From Candidatus Taylorbacteria bacterium RIFCSPHIGHO2_01_FULL_51_15 (GTDB lineage: Bacteria; Patescibacteriota; Minisyncoccia; Phycocordibacterales; UBA10002): DNA of 51,339 bases. Every line of letters begins with the position of its first letter. Position 1 is the first letter of the stretch. The DNA lies in assembly GCA_001820935.1 (NCBI GenBank), contig MHRI01000011.1, positions 2,718 through 54,056 on the forward strand, written 5' to 3'. A model generated the notes under the pieces. That model was given only the letters and a program-made list of their open reading frames with translations. It had not been told where the DNA came from and ran no database searches. Shown one piece after another: positions 27,044 through 36,414 of the stretch. A program made the position numbers and the translations under genes.

Positions 27044-27259
27044 GTTCTTTGAAAGAAGACTTACCCGAAAGGGACGGCTTGTACCGAAGTCTAACCTAAG
27101 TTAGATCGGTAAAATAGGAGAATCGGAAAGAAAAGACGGTAAAGAGCCGGCTTAAGAAAATAATTTCCGAAAAAAGCAAATTGTGAAAATATTTCTTAAG
27201 AATCCGAGCTGTGGAATTTTTCTTCCGATTAGAGAGAGTTTAGCCCTCTTTCAAAGAAC
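27044..27259 (+). other. 216-nt nested imperfect hairpin, candidate structured sRNA or repeat element
   Basis: Three nested complementary pairs: 27044-27055/27248-27259 (12/12), 27121-27134/27227-27240 (13 bp plus a bulge), and 27151-27162/27190-27200 (11 bp plus a bulge). A ccc-GAAA-ggg tetraloop hairpin is at 27064-27073. No ORF. Confidence 0.35.
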
Positions 27260-27319
27260 CGCTTTTCAGGACAATGCAATCTACGCATTCCCCCGACTAG
27301 CAACAATGATACCTCTTCC

Positions 27320-27480
27320 TAAAGGACAATGTAAAGGACATGGATGTGGATAACTATGCCGGGTGCCCGAAGGCTATATTCATGGCCGCAAATCTTGCCC
27401 TATCAGGGAACACACCTGGCAAAGATTTACAATTGTTGCTTTTTCGAGAAATGTCCCTTAATTGCAAGAATGTCCTTTAT
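27320..27480. repeat. family-F inverted pair enclosing a DnaA-box 9-mer
   Basis: taaaggaca at 27320 and 27332 (forward). atgtccctta at 27451 and atgtcctttat at 27470 (reverse). tgtggataa at 27345-27353. Confidence 0.7.
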
Positions 27481-27591
27481 AGGTGCTGATGGAGACGAAA
27501 ATCCCACCAAAGCGCACCTCGGAATATGCTGAAACAGTGCGAAGTCTTGCAACACAACATCTTTTATGCTACTGTTGTAGCACATAAAAAT

Positions 27592-27858
27592 ATGCTGTCG
27601 AAAACACGAAAGCAGAAGGTCGTCAGGGAAGCTGGTATTCACGGAAAGGATACGGGCTCTCCTGAAGTGCAGATCGCGATTTTGACGAAACGCATTGGTG
27701 AGCTCTCTACTCACCTAAAGGAGCACAAAAAAGACACGCATTCCCGTCGCGGGCTTCTTTCCATGGTGGCGGACCGACAATCACATCTTCGTTATCTTCA
27801 GAAGAAGAATACGCGGCGGTACAATGCTATTGTCAAGAAGCTGGAGCTTAAGAAATAG
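27592..27858 (+). CDS. rpsO: 30S ribosomal protein S15
   Basis: [56 protein letters not shown]. 88 aa from ATG 27592. Confidence 0.92.
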   Translation: MLSKTRKQKVVREAGIHGKDTGSPEVQIAILTKRIGELSTHLKEHKKDTHSRRGLLSMVADRQSHLRYLQKKNTRRYNAIVKKLELKK

Positions 27859-27977
27859 TTTCTTGAATTTTCAAGTTTCAATTATCAATTTTCAATCAAT
27901 GTAGCAATACTCAATTCTTAATTAAGAAATTGGGTGTTGTTTGATAATTGAAAATTGTAAATTGATAATTTTCTTCA

Positions 27978-28490
27978 ATGGCAGTCATCAAACACGTGGA
28001 ACAGCGAGTGGGGGTATTTATCGATACGCAAAACCTCTACCACAGCGCTAAGAATCTCTATCGAGCGAACGTTAACTTCGGTCAGGTGCTTAAGGACGCG
28101 GTTGCGAACCGCACGCTTACCCGTGCGATTGCGTATCTTATCACGACGGAAGGAGCCGAGGAGAAAGGGTTTTTCGAGGCGTTAGAGAAGATTGGTATTG
28201 AAACGAAGTCGAAACCTTTGCAAATCTTCGGCAGTGGCGCGAAAAAAGCTGATTGGGACGTGGGGCTCGCCATAGACGCGGTAAAGCTCGCGCCTAAACT
28301 CGACGCGGTGATCATCGCCTCGGGTGATGGAGATTATGTCCCGCTCGTGGAATACCTCAAAAATCTGGGGTGCCAGGTGGAAGTGGTGGCGTTTGGCAAA
28401 TCAACATCGAGCAAACTTCTTGAAGTTGCGGACGACTTTATCGATCTCGACGAAAATCCAAGAAAGTATCTTCTTGGAAGCAGAAGATAG
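27978..28490 (+). CDS. NYN domain (LabA/DUF88-like) protein
   Basis: VGVFIDTQNLYHSAKN...DWDVGLAIDAV...IIASGDGDYVPLVEYLKNLGCQVEVVAF. Confidence 0.8.
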   Translation: MAVIKHVEQRVGVFIDTQNLYHSAKNLYRANVNFGQVLKDAVANRTLTRAIAYLITTEGAEEKGFFEALEKIGIETKSKPLQIFGSGAKKADWDVGLAIDAVKLAPKLDAVIIASGDGDYVPLVEYLKNLGCQVEVVAFGKSTSSKLLEVADDFIDLDENPRKYLLGSRR

Positions 28491-28719
28491 GAGAACGGCT
28501 TCTATACTTAGTAGATGCGTCAAGTGTAAAAAAGAGAAATTTTTGCTACACTGACGGCAATTACCAGTAACGATTGGTCTCTGGAAACAGAGATTTGAAC
28601 AGTAGTTCAGGTCTTCTTTCCGGAGAACAATCACTAATCAATCGCGAATTGAAGACGCGAATCGCCCAAATGCGGTATTCGGGCTATTCGAGAGAAAAAT
28701 TCGAGTTTGATTCGGGATT

Positions 28720-30840
28720 ATGAAGAAACAAGAATTCTCGATTGAGCTTGGTGGAAAAACACTCACCGCCGAGTTTACTGATCTTGCCGAGCAAGCGAAC
28801 GGCTCGGTCATTATGAAATACGGCAACACCACCGCGCTTATCACCGCGACCATGTCTAAAGGAGAGAAGGATATGGATTTCTTTCCTCTCACGGTTGATT
28901 ACGAGGAGAGATTTTACGCGGCAGGTGAAATCTTAGGATCGCGCTTCATCCGCCGCGAGGGAAGACCTACCGACGAGGCGGTGCTCTCGGGGCGCATCGT
29001 GGATCGCACGATTCGCCCGCTTTTCGACCAGCGCATGCGGCGCGATGTACAGGTGGTTATTACGATTCTCTCGATCGATGAGGACGATCCTGACATTCTT
29101 GCGGTCATCGGCGCCTCGCTCGCGCTTGGGACTTCAGATATTCCGTGGAACGGTCCCGTTTCGGCGGTACGCATCGGGAAACTCAAGGACACGAACCATC
29201 TCATCATTAATCCTATTTACAAGGACCGAGCAGAAAACCCCGAATTTGAAATGGATCTCGTGGCTTGTGGCAAGGATGGACTCGTGAATATGATCGAGGT
29301 GGGAGGGAAGGAGGTCCAGGAATCGGTAATCGTCGCCGGACTTGAAGAGGCGGAAAAAGAAATCGAGAAGCTACAGAAATGGCAGAAGGAAATTGTCGCT
29401 AAAATCGGCAAGAAAAAACAAACGGTGACTCTGCCAGAAATTTCTCCAGCATTGAAACAGTTATTTGCGGAGAAGGTTTCCTCGCGCATGAAGGAGTACG
29501 TTTTCGGACAGGCGGGGAACGCGCGTATATATGAACTCAAAGGGGAATGGATGGCTGTTGCCAAAGAACGTTTCCCGAACGAAAAAGCGAGCATCGCCGA
29601 CAACCTCTTTGAAGAGGAGATTAACACTCTCATTCATAACGAGGCGGTAGATAATAACCGTCGGCCAGACGGGCGAGGTATGGACGAGGTGCGGCCACTC
29701 TTCGCGAAGGCAGGCGGCATTTCCAAAATCCTTCATGGTGCCGGCATGTTTTACCGCGGGCAGACTCATATTCTATCGGTGCTGACTCTTGGCGGACCTG
29801 GGGACGCGCAGATTATTGATAACATGGAGATTCAGGAATCGAAGAAGCGATTCTTGCACCACTACAACTTCCCGCCATTTTCGACGGGGGAAACCGGCCG
29901 CATCGGTTCGACGAATCGCCGTATGATCGGCCACGGCGCGCTTGCCGAAAAGGCCCTTATCCCGGTGATACCACCGATGGAAAAGTTTCCTTACACCATC
30001 CGTCTTGTGTCCGAAGCCTTCGCTTCCAACGGCTCCACCTCGATGGGGAGCGTGTGTGGCTCCACGCTTGCGCTCATGGACGGCGGGGTACCTATTACCG
30101 CGCCAGTTGCAGGCATCGCATCCGGTTTAATGATGCGTAGCGCGAAAGAATACAAGGTGCTTACCGACATTCAGGGACCGGAAGACCATCACGGAGATAT
30201 GGACTTTAAGGTGGCTGGAACAAGAACGGGAGTCACGGCGGTACAAATGGATGTGAAGGTAAACGGCGTACCGATCCCAATTCTTTCTGAAGCGTTCGAG
30301 AAAGCGAAACAAGCTCGTTATAAAATTCTGGACGTCATAGAGAAAGAAATCTCGGCTCCTCGACCCGATATTTCTCCCCTTGCTCCCAAGATTGTCACGA
30401 TACGGGTGAAGAAAGACCAAATCGGTCTTGTGATCGGCGGAGGAGGAAAAACGATCAACGGCATTAAAGAAAAGACGGGTGTTGATGCGATAGACATTGA
30501 GGAAGATGGCACGATTTTCATCTCCGGAAGAGAGGGGAGCGCAGATAAGGCCGCGAAAATGATAGAGGAACTCACCCATGAATTTTCTCCCGGTGACCGC
30601 CTCACGGGCACGGTGGTGAAAATAGCCGAGTTTGGTGCCTTCGTGGCGCTAAATGAGAACACCGATGGAATGGTGCACGTGTCCGAAATCGCTCCGTTCC
30701 GCATTGACCGCGTAGAAGCGGTGCTGAAAGTGGGTGACAAGGTGCCGGTGGTGGTAAAGGAAATTGATAAGGAACGCGGGCGCATCAAACTCTCGATTAA
30801 GGACGCGGACCCAAACTTCATTAAGCGCAAGGCCGCTTAG
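28720..30840 (+). CDS. pnp: polyribonucleotide nucleotidyltransferase (PNPase)
   Basis: 706 aa. Two RNase PH domains (RPDGRGMDEVRPL), a KH domain (GLVIGGGGKTINGIKEKTG) and an S1 domain (GTVVKIAEFGAFVAL). Confidence 0.95.
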   Translation: MKKQEFSIELGGKTLTAEFTDLAEQANGSVIMKYGNTTALITATMSKGEKDMDFFPLTVDYEERFYAAGEILGSRFIRREGRPTDEAVLSGRIVDRTIRPLFDQRMRRDVQVVITILSIDEDDPDILAVIGASLALGTSDIPWNGPVSAVRIGKLKDTNHLIINPIYKDRAENPEFEMDLVACGKDGLVNMIEVGGKEVQESVIVAGLEEAEKEIEKLQKWQKEIVAKIGKKKQTVTLPEISPALKQLFAEKVSSRMKEYVFGQAGNARIYELKGEWMAVAKERFPNEKASIADNLFEEEINTLIHNEAVDNNRRPDGRGMDEVRPLFAKAGGISKILHGAGMFYRGQTHILSVLTLGGPGDAQIIDNMEIQESKKRFLHHYNFPPFSTGETGRIGSTNRRMIGHGALAEKALIPVIPPMEKFPYTIRLVSEAFASNGSTSMGSVCGSTLALMDGGVPITAPVAGIASGLMMRSAKEYKVLTDIQGPEDHHGDMDFKVAGTRTGVTAVQMDVKVNGVPIPILSEAFEKAKQARYKILDVIEKEISAPRPDISPLAPKIVTIRVKKDQIGLVIGGGGKTINGIKEKTGVDAIDIEEDGTIFISGREGSADKAAKMIEELTHEFSPGDRLTGTVVKIAEFGAFVALNENTDGMVHVSEIAPFRIDRVEAVLKVGDKVPVVVKEIDKERGRIKLSIKDADPNFIKRKAA

Positions 30841-30850
30841 TGAAGTAAAA

Positions 30851-30980
30851 CCCAAAGCCTGATCCGCCAGCTGGCGGACAAAAAACCAAACAAACATCCC
30901 AAAATCCCAAAACAAAGACGGTTTGTATTTTGGATAATTGTGTTTTGTTTGGTTCTTTGGACGGCCTGTGTTTTGTGTAT
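30851..30980. repeat. family-A word element, copy A4, with the 16-nt palindrome at 30863-30878
   Basis: aaaaaccaaacaaacatcccaaaa..., as in A1, with the right arm ttggataattgtgttttgtttgg. Confidence 0.75.
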
Positions 30981-31016
30981 TCTTTGCCGCAGTCATACTT
31001 GCGATATACTTACCCT

Positions 31017-31973
31017 ATGTCTCCGCAATCTTCAGAGCCGAAACCGCCGAGTGAACTCAAGCGTATTCGAACGTATCAAAGCGACGTCGAGGAGCTCCTG
31101 CAAAAACAGAACGTCTCTAAGGCCTCCATTGCACTTGCGGAAAGTGAGCGGCAGGTGGAAAAACAAAAAAAAGAGGAGGTAAAAAAGACGGAGACCTCTC
31201 CTCGGGAGCCTGATCCGTCAAGGGTGTTCAAGATATCAGGGGAATTGCCGACTGGAACAGGCGTGAATCTCCGCCGCTCCGTCATGGTTTTCGTAGGTCT
31301 CTTCGTGCTCGGGGGAGTAGCGGCTGGAGCGTTCTTCTCTTTTAAAAAAGATGAGTTACCTGTTGGTCCCGCTCCGATAGCGAGAGTCTCCGAGACCCCG
31401 ACCATCGTACTTAGCGGGGGAGAGAAGAGGGCAGGGGCGATTAAGGCGATACAGCAGGGTCTCTCGGCGTTATCGGTTCCGCAAAATGAGCTTCGTCGTG
31501 CTCTGCTACGACGAGGAGAAGCACTGATTACCACACCAGAATTATTCGAGCTCCTTGAAACCGGTGCGTCGCCCGCTCTGATTCGAGCGCTCACAAAATG
31601 GCCTACACTCGGCGTACATGGATTTCAGGGCGGGCAACCGTTTCTCCTCTTTGGCGTCACTTCGTACGACCATGCGTTTGCCGGTATGCTCGCGTGGGAG
31701 CAAAGACTAGTTGCCGACATTGCCCCTCTCTTTGGAGTGTCTATAAGAGAAGTGCTCGCAAATGTGGGCAGCACGACTGCGGAGGCGCTGCAGAACACCA
31801 TAGAGATAAAAGATGTCATTATCCGCAACAAGGATGGCCGCGCGGTATTTGGTCCTGGAGGGGATATACTCTTTGTGTACTCTTTTGTAGATAAGGAAAC
31901 GCTTGTACTCACGACAGGGGAGGACACCATGCGAGCCTTGATTAGCAAAGCGGGAGGAGGTCAACTCAAATGA
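31017..31973 (+). CDS. single-pass membrane protein, unknown function
   Basis: 318 aa from ATG 31017. Charged N-terminus, one TM (VMVFVGLFVLGGVAAGAFFSF), extracytoplasmic domain. The upstream part of ORF 30930.. is repeat sequence. Confidence 0.6.
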   Translation: MSPQSSEPKPPSELKRIRTYQSDVEELLQKQNVSKASIALAESERQVEKQKKEEVKKTETSPREPDPSRVFKISGELPTGTGVNLRRSVMVFVGLFVLGGVAAGAFFSFKKDELPVGPAPIARVSETPTIVLSGGEKRAGAIKAIQQGLSALSVPQNELRRALLRRGEALITTPELFELLETGASPALIRALTKWPTLGVHGFQGGQPFLLFGVTSYDHAFAGMLAWEQRLVADIAPLFGVSIREVLANVGSTTAEALQNTIEIKDVIIRNKDGRAVFGPGGDILFVYSFVDKETLVLTTGEDTMRALISKAGGGQLK

Positions 31974-32095
31974 AATATGAAGTATGGGATATGGAATATT
32001 AAAGAGGTTCGATTAGGTATTACATATTCCATACTTCATATCCCATATTTCATATTCCATGCTCCATATTTCATTTGATATGGTATACTGCTTTT

Positions 32096-32452
32096 ATGAC
32101 GATAGATACCAACGTATTTCAAAAGAAATTGCTCGCGGAGAAAGAGCTGGTGGAAAAAGAGCTGGCGACCGTTGGCCGGCGTAATCCGCAAAACGCCGCG
32201 GATTGGGAGCCGATCTCCGGAGTGATGGAGCGGCCGGCGGAGCGCGATGAGGTGGCTGATAAACTTGAATCTTTTGAAGAGAATGTGGCGATCGTGCGCC
32301 AGCTTGAACTTCGTCTTGCGGAAATTCAAAATGCGCTCGAGCGAGTGCAAGGTGGAACATACGGAACTTGTAGTGTGTGTGGTAAGGAGATAGAAACGGC
32401 ACGCCTTGAAGCGAATCCTGCGGCAGCGACGTGCAAGCAACACTTAAAGTAA
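32096..32452 (+). CDS. TraR/DksA family zinc-finger protein
   Basis: Coiled-coil N-terminus followed by GTYGTCSVCGKEIETARLEANPAAATCKQH. Confidence 0.75.
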   Translation: MTIDTNVFQKKLLAEKELVEKELATVGRRNPQNAADWEPISGVMERPAERDEVADKLESFEENVAIVRQLELRLAEIQNALERVQGGTYGTCSVCGKEIETARLEANPAAATCKQHLK

Positions 32453-32582
32453 TTATCGAATACCAAATTTCGAATCTTGAAAAATGTTTAAACGCGGGCA
32501 ACCAGGAATAATAACTTATTCTCTTTATTGGGTATTCGATATTTTTAGACATTAGATATTCGAAATTCGATATTTCTCTTCC

Positions 32583-34157
32583 ATGAGTTTCGCCTCCGTT
32601 TCCAGCGCCCAGGTGCACCTCTTAAGCACCTATCTCGTGCGCGTTGAAGTGGATCTCTCGAAAGGCCTGAACGCCTTTTCTATCGTCGGGTTGCCTGACA
32701 AAGCGGTGGAGGAAGCGAAAGATCGCATTGCCGCCGCGATCAAAAACACCGGCTTTAAATCCCCGAAGCAGAAAAATCACAAAATAGTTATTTCACTTGC
32801 GCCGGCGGATGTGAGGAAGGAGGGACCAAGTTTCGATCTGCCGATGGCTATTGGATACCTCATCGCCTCTAAATGCCTACCAGCAGACGTGAAGGAAAAA
32901 CTGTTTGTAGGCGAGCTCTCACTCGACGGTATGGTACAGCCAATTGACGGCGTGCTTCCCATCGTCCAAGAAGCGAAGCGGGCAGGCTTCAGGGAAATAT
33001 ATGTACCCAAAGAGAACGCAAAGGAAGCGGCGCTCATCGGTGAGATTGATGTGTACGGTGTAAAGAATTTGTGGGAACTTGTTGCCCACCTTACTAAGAA
33101 AGATATTTTACCAGACGAGAATTGTCCCTTTATACAAAAAAAGAGGATGAGTCCGGTGCCGCAAACCGCGTTTGAAGTCGGTACGCGAGAGTATCAAGTT
33201 GATTTTGCCGATGTGAAGGGTCAGCGCACCGCGAAGCGCGGTTTAGAGATTGCCGCGGCTGGAGGACACAATATCGCCATGTGGGGCCCCCCTGGTACCG
33301 GAAAGACACTGCTCGCGAAAGCGTTCATCTCCATCCTCCCGCCGCTCGATATTGAGGAGGCGCTTGAGGTTACGGGGATTCATTCGGTCGCGGGAGCGCT
33401 CCATGAGCCCCTCATCACGTACCCGCCTTTCCGCGCTCCGCATCATACTGCTTCTTACATCGCGCTTGTCGGAGGGGGTTCAGTGCCTAAGCCCGGTGAG
33501 ATCACGCTCGCGCACCGAGGAGTGCTCTTTCTTGATGAATTTCCAGAATTCGAGCGGCGCGTGATTGACGCGCTTAGGCAGCCGCTTGAGGATCGGATTG
33601 TAAGCGTGTCCCGAGTGAAAGGTTCAGCCCAATTCCCGGCACACTTCACCCTTATCACGGCCATGAATCCTTGCCCGTGCGGAAACAACGGGGTAAAGGG
33701 GAAGCAGTGCACCTGCGCGCAGCATCAGATTGACAGATACAAGCGAAAAATCTCCGGCCCTATCGTGGATCGCATAGATTTGTGGACGGAGGTTTCGATT
33801 GTCGAACATGAAAAGTTGACCGAAGGACGCGGGAGTGAAAAGACGAGCGAAGAAATACGCAGGAAGGTGGAAGCCGCTCGCAAAAAAGCCGAAGAACGGT
33901 ACCACACGCTAAAACTCCCGTTCAAGACAAACAGCGAAGTGGGAGCGCGCGATATCGGAGCGGCAATCCCTCTTAGCGACGAAGTAAAAAAGACATTGAA
34001 TCTTGCCGCGAAAAAGCACGACCTTTCTGCGCGCTCGTATCATCGACTGATCAAACTCGCTCGAACTGTCGCCGACCTCGAGGGCCACGATGAGGTGGCG
34101 GTGGATGATCTTATGGAAGCACTCACATATCGACCGAAACAACTCTCAAATAGTTAG
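32583..34157 (+). CDS. comM: YifB/ComM family Mg-chelatase-like AAA+ ATPase
   Basis: Lon-protease-like N-terminal domain, Walker A GPPGTGKT, Walker B VLFLDEFPEF, and the CPCGN...C.C zinc motif. Confidence 0.88.
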   Translation: MSFASVSSAQVHLLSTYLVRVEVDLSKGLNAFSIVGLPDKAVEEAKDRIAAAIKNTGFKSPKQKNHKIVISLAPADVRKEGPSFDLPMAIGYLIASKCLPADVKEKLFVGELSLDGMVQPIDGVLPIVQEAKRAGFREIYVPKENAKEAALIGEIDVYGVKNLWELVAHLTKKDILPDENCPFIQKKRMSPVPQTAFEVGTREYQVDFADVKGQRTAKRGLEIAAAGGHNIAMWGPPGTGKTLLAKAFISILPPLDIEEALEVTGIHSVAGALHEPLITYPPFRAPHHTASYIALVGGGSVPKPGEITLAHRGVLFLDEFPEFERRVIDALRQPLEDRIVSVSRVKGSAQFPAHFTLITAMNPCPCGNNGVKGKQCTCAQHQIDRYKRKISGPIVDRIDLWTEVSIVEHEKLTEGRGSEKTSEEIRRKVEAARKKAEERYHTLKLPFKTNSEVGARDIGAAIPLSDEVKKTLNLAAKKHDLSARSYHRLIKLARTVADLEGHDEVAVDDLMEALTYRPKQLSNS

Positions 34158-34255
34158 TAGAAGGTAGCTAGTAGTAAGTAGTTTATCGGAAAAGAAAAAC
34201 CGCAACGAGGCCAAGTCGCTGCGGGTGAAATTGTACTCTCTCGATGCTTTCTGAC

Positions 34256-34888
34256 TTACAGGAAGGGCGAGACGAGGATTCGTAACCCAAACCCGATAAG
34301 AACTATCCCAAATACTCGAGCCAAGTAGTGCAACTTCGAAGTGAAGCGAGTCTTGACGAGTGGACTTGAGAGCAGAAAGGCAACAAAGGCAAACCACACA
34401 ATGTCGACCAGTGACATCCACACCCCGTACAGCACCTTAATGATGATTGGTGTCGCACCAACTACCTGTGTGAACAGAGCAAAAACGAACAGGTAGGCTT
34501 TCGGATTGCCCATCATGTTAATAAAGCCTTCACGGAACGCGGTGCACGCGGTTGAAACTCTCGCTGAATGAGCAACCTCCGCGTCCACATCATAAGGTTT
34601 CGTCTTGAGAGCTTTGAAGCCAACGTAGATAAGATAGCTTGCGCCCAGAAACTGTAGCGCAAGATACAAGGTGGGTACTCTCACCACAAATCCGCTTAGC
34701 CCCAAAATCGCAAAGCTTACGTGCAGGAACGAACCGACAGCGATTCCGAATACGCAGTATAATGTAAGTCGAAACTGCATGGTCACACTGTTTTTGGCAA
34801 CGAGCGTAAGGTTCGGCCCAGGGCTTATCACCACAGCGATGTGCAGAGCGGCCAACATAAGAAACTCCGACAAATAGGGGATAGTCAT
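34256..34888 (-). CDS. LysE/RhtB family amino-acid exporter
   Basis: 210 aa, six hydrophobic helices. N-terminal AALHIAVVISPGPNLTLV signature. Confidence 0.8.
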   Translation of the reverse strand: MTIPYLSEFLMLAALHIAVVISPGPNLTLVAKNSVTMQFRLTLYCVFGIAVGSFLHVSFAILGLSGFVVRVPTLYLALQFLGASYLIYVGFKALKTKPYDVDAEVAHSARVSTACTAFREGFINMMGNPKAYLFVFALFTQVVGATPIIIKVLYGVWMSLVDIVWFAFVAFLLSSPLVKTRFTSKLHYLARVFGIVLIGFGLRILVSPFL

Positions 34889-34976
34889 AAGTCGTTCATT
34901 GATGGAAGGAACTGTTTTGACTCCAGGATACTGCCATACAATGTGCTGAAAGTCAATGTGCCGTGGTAATATATGG

Positions 34977-35006
34977 AAAAAGACCGCACGGTCAGTGCGG
35001 CTTTTT
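34977..35006 (-). terminator. bidirectional hairpin, terminator of the M23 peptidase gene
   Basis: aaaaa-gaccgcac ggtca gtgcggc-ttttt. Confidence 0.6.
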
Positions 35007-35056
35007 AGGTCTACTAACTGCTCCCCCAGCTGGCGGGCTACTAGCTACTTACTTCT

Positions 35057-36055
35057 TTAGAAGGGATTTTTTGCTCCGCGGACCTCGAAGTGGAGGTGCG
35101 TACCGGTCGAGCGACCCGTCGACCCCATGTAGCCGATGATTTCGCCTCGAGTCACCGTATTTCCGACCAAAACCGCGAGAGTTGAAAGGTGGCCGTAGAG
35201 CGTTTGCGTGCCGTTTTGGTGATTGACGACAATGTAATTTCCGTATCCTCCATTCCATCCAGACGAGCGTGCGATAATCACCTCACCGGAGGCTGAAGCG
35301 AGAACGGGTGCTCCCGAATAGCTTGCGATATCAATACCGTTATAGCCGTGAAGTCCTTGTGTTTTCTTGCCACCGATAACCGGGCGGAGGTAGTAGCCTT
35401 CATAGCTCGGGCCAGCAGTACCCCGAAGTGTCGCCGGGCGGCCCGCCAATGAAGCGCTTGGGGGAGCGGCGATTTCGCCGTCAGGCACGAGCACAATATC
35501 GCCAATCGAAAGTCTCGCATTCTCGGTAAGGTGGTTGTATTGAGATATTTCAGTCACATCGGCTTTGTATTTCTTGGCGATGCTTTGCAGTGTGTCGCCT
35601 TTCACGACAGTATGGCGAACGCCGGAGATGGGGAGAATGATGAGCGTCTGACCAGGGCGGATCATGCCGCGACTTATGTCGTTGGCCCAACTGATCGTAT
35701 TCGTGGTCACCCCAAACATCTTCGCAATCGCGCTTAGGGTATCTCCTTCGCGCACGACATAGGTGCTGATGGCCCCGCTCTGATTTTCTTCAATATCCGC
35801 AAGGGTGCCTTCAGGGCCGATTTCGGCAAAAAGCGCCACCCCTCCTACGATGGTAATGTCGCCACCACCCTTTCCTGGATTCGGGTCAAGATTCCGAGCC
35901 GCAACAAGAAGGCCAACGTTTTGGGAATTGACCGGAGAGGAGGTGGTTTCGGCTTTCGCTTCTTCCGTGAAGAGATTAGTGACGAAAGAAACCACACCAG
36001 CGTGAAGATTCTGCGGTGGGAACATAACATAGAAGCTCCACGCCAAAAGCCACAC
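35057..36055 (-). CDS. LysM-domain M23 family metallopeptidase
   Basis: Two LysM repeats (YVVREGDTLSAIAKMFGV..., HTVVKGDTLQSIAKKYKA...). M23 motifs GIDIA and GSTGRSTGTHLHFEV. Confidence 0.9.
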   Translation of the reverse strand: MWLLAWSFYVMFPPQNLHAGVVSFVTNLFTEEAKAETTSSPVNSQNVGLLVAARNLDPNPGKGGGDITIVGGVALFAEIGPEGTLADIEENQSGAISTYVVREGDTLSAIAKMFGVTTNTISWANDISRGMIRPGQTLIILPISGVRHTVVKGDTLQSIAKKYKADVTEISQYNHLTENARLSIGDIVLVPDGEIAAPPSASLAGRPATLRGTAGPSYEGYYLRPVIGGKKTQGLHGYNGIDIASYSGAPVLASASGEVIIARSSGWNGGYGNYIVVNHQNGTQTLYGHLSTLAVLVGNTVTRGEIIGYMGSTGRSTGTHLHFEVRGAKNPF

Positions 36056-36328
36056 CGCCCCATAACCTACAAGGCGGGTCTTTCGGGTTGCCCTACGGCA
36101 AAAAAGAGGTGTTCTGGAGGCCTCTTTGCCCCCACTGGCAAAAGAATTGTGAGTTGGTTGTGAGATAAGCGAGGGGCCGAAAAAGGAGAACTTGTGAGAA
36201 TCAACCGTGCTCTCAAAAGACAGAAACCCTACGAGGTGTTACATGGGTTGCTGTGATTCTGGCTCTGCACTGATTAGATTGCTTTTAAAGCTCTGCTCTC
36301 GGTGGTCATTTCTGTCGTGAATCTTCCG

Positions 36329-36354
36329 AAAAAAGGCCTTGTAAGGCCATTTTT
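36329..36354. terminator. isolated bidirectional hairpin inside the 750-bp M23-pcrA spacer
   Basis: aaaaaa ggcct tgta aggcc attttt. Confidence 0.45.
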
Positions 36355-36385
36355 GACTTACCGTACGGCACTCCTGTACCCTCCT

Positions 36386-36414
36386 ACAATAGCCGATGGG
36401 GCACTCTAAGTCAA
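36386..36414 (-). promoter_or_regulatory. candidate promoter with upstream DnaA-box 9-mer
   Basis: On the - strand: TTATCCACA (36439-36431), 16 nt, TTGACT, 17-nt spacer, TATTGT. The hairpin at 36329-36354 lies about 30-50 nt downstream. Confidence 0.35.

Noticed and set aside
27484-27505. Hammerhead-like core (CUGAUGGAGACGAAA).
   Set aside because: There is no room for stem II between the CUGAUGA-like and GAAA boxes, and no flanking stems I/III.
26995-27510. tmRNA or RNase P RNA in the cca-rpsO spacer. GGGGGAUAGGCUGUAGAC resembles a tmRNA 5' end, AAUCCCACCA lies near 27500, and AGAGCCGGCUUAAG resembles RNase P CR-V.
   Set aside because: There is no T-arm (GGGUUCGAnUCCC), the acceptor pairing is imperfect, there is no GAGGAAAGUCC-type P4 strand, and the distances are wrong for either RNA.
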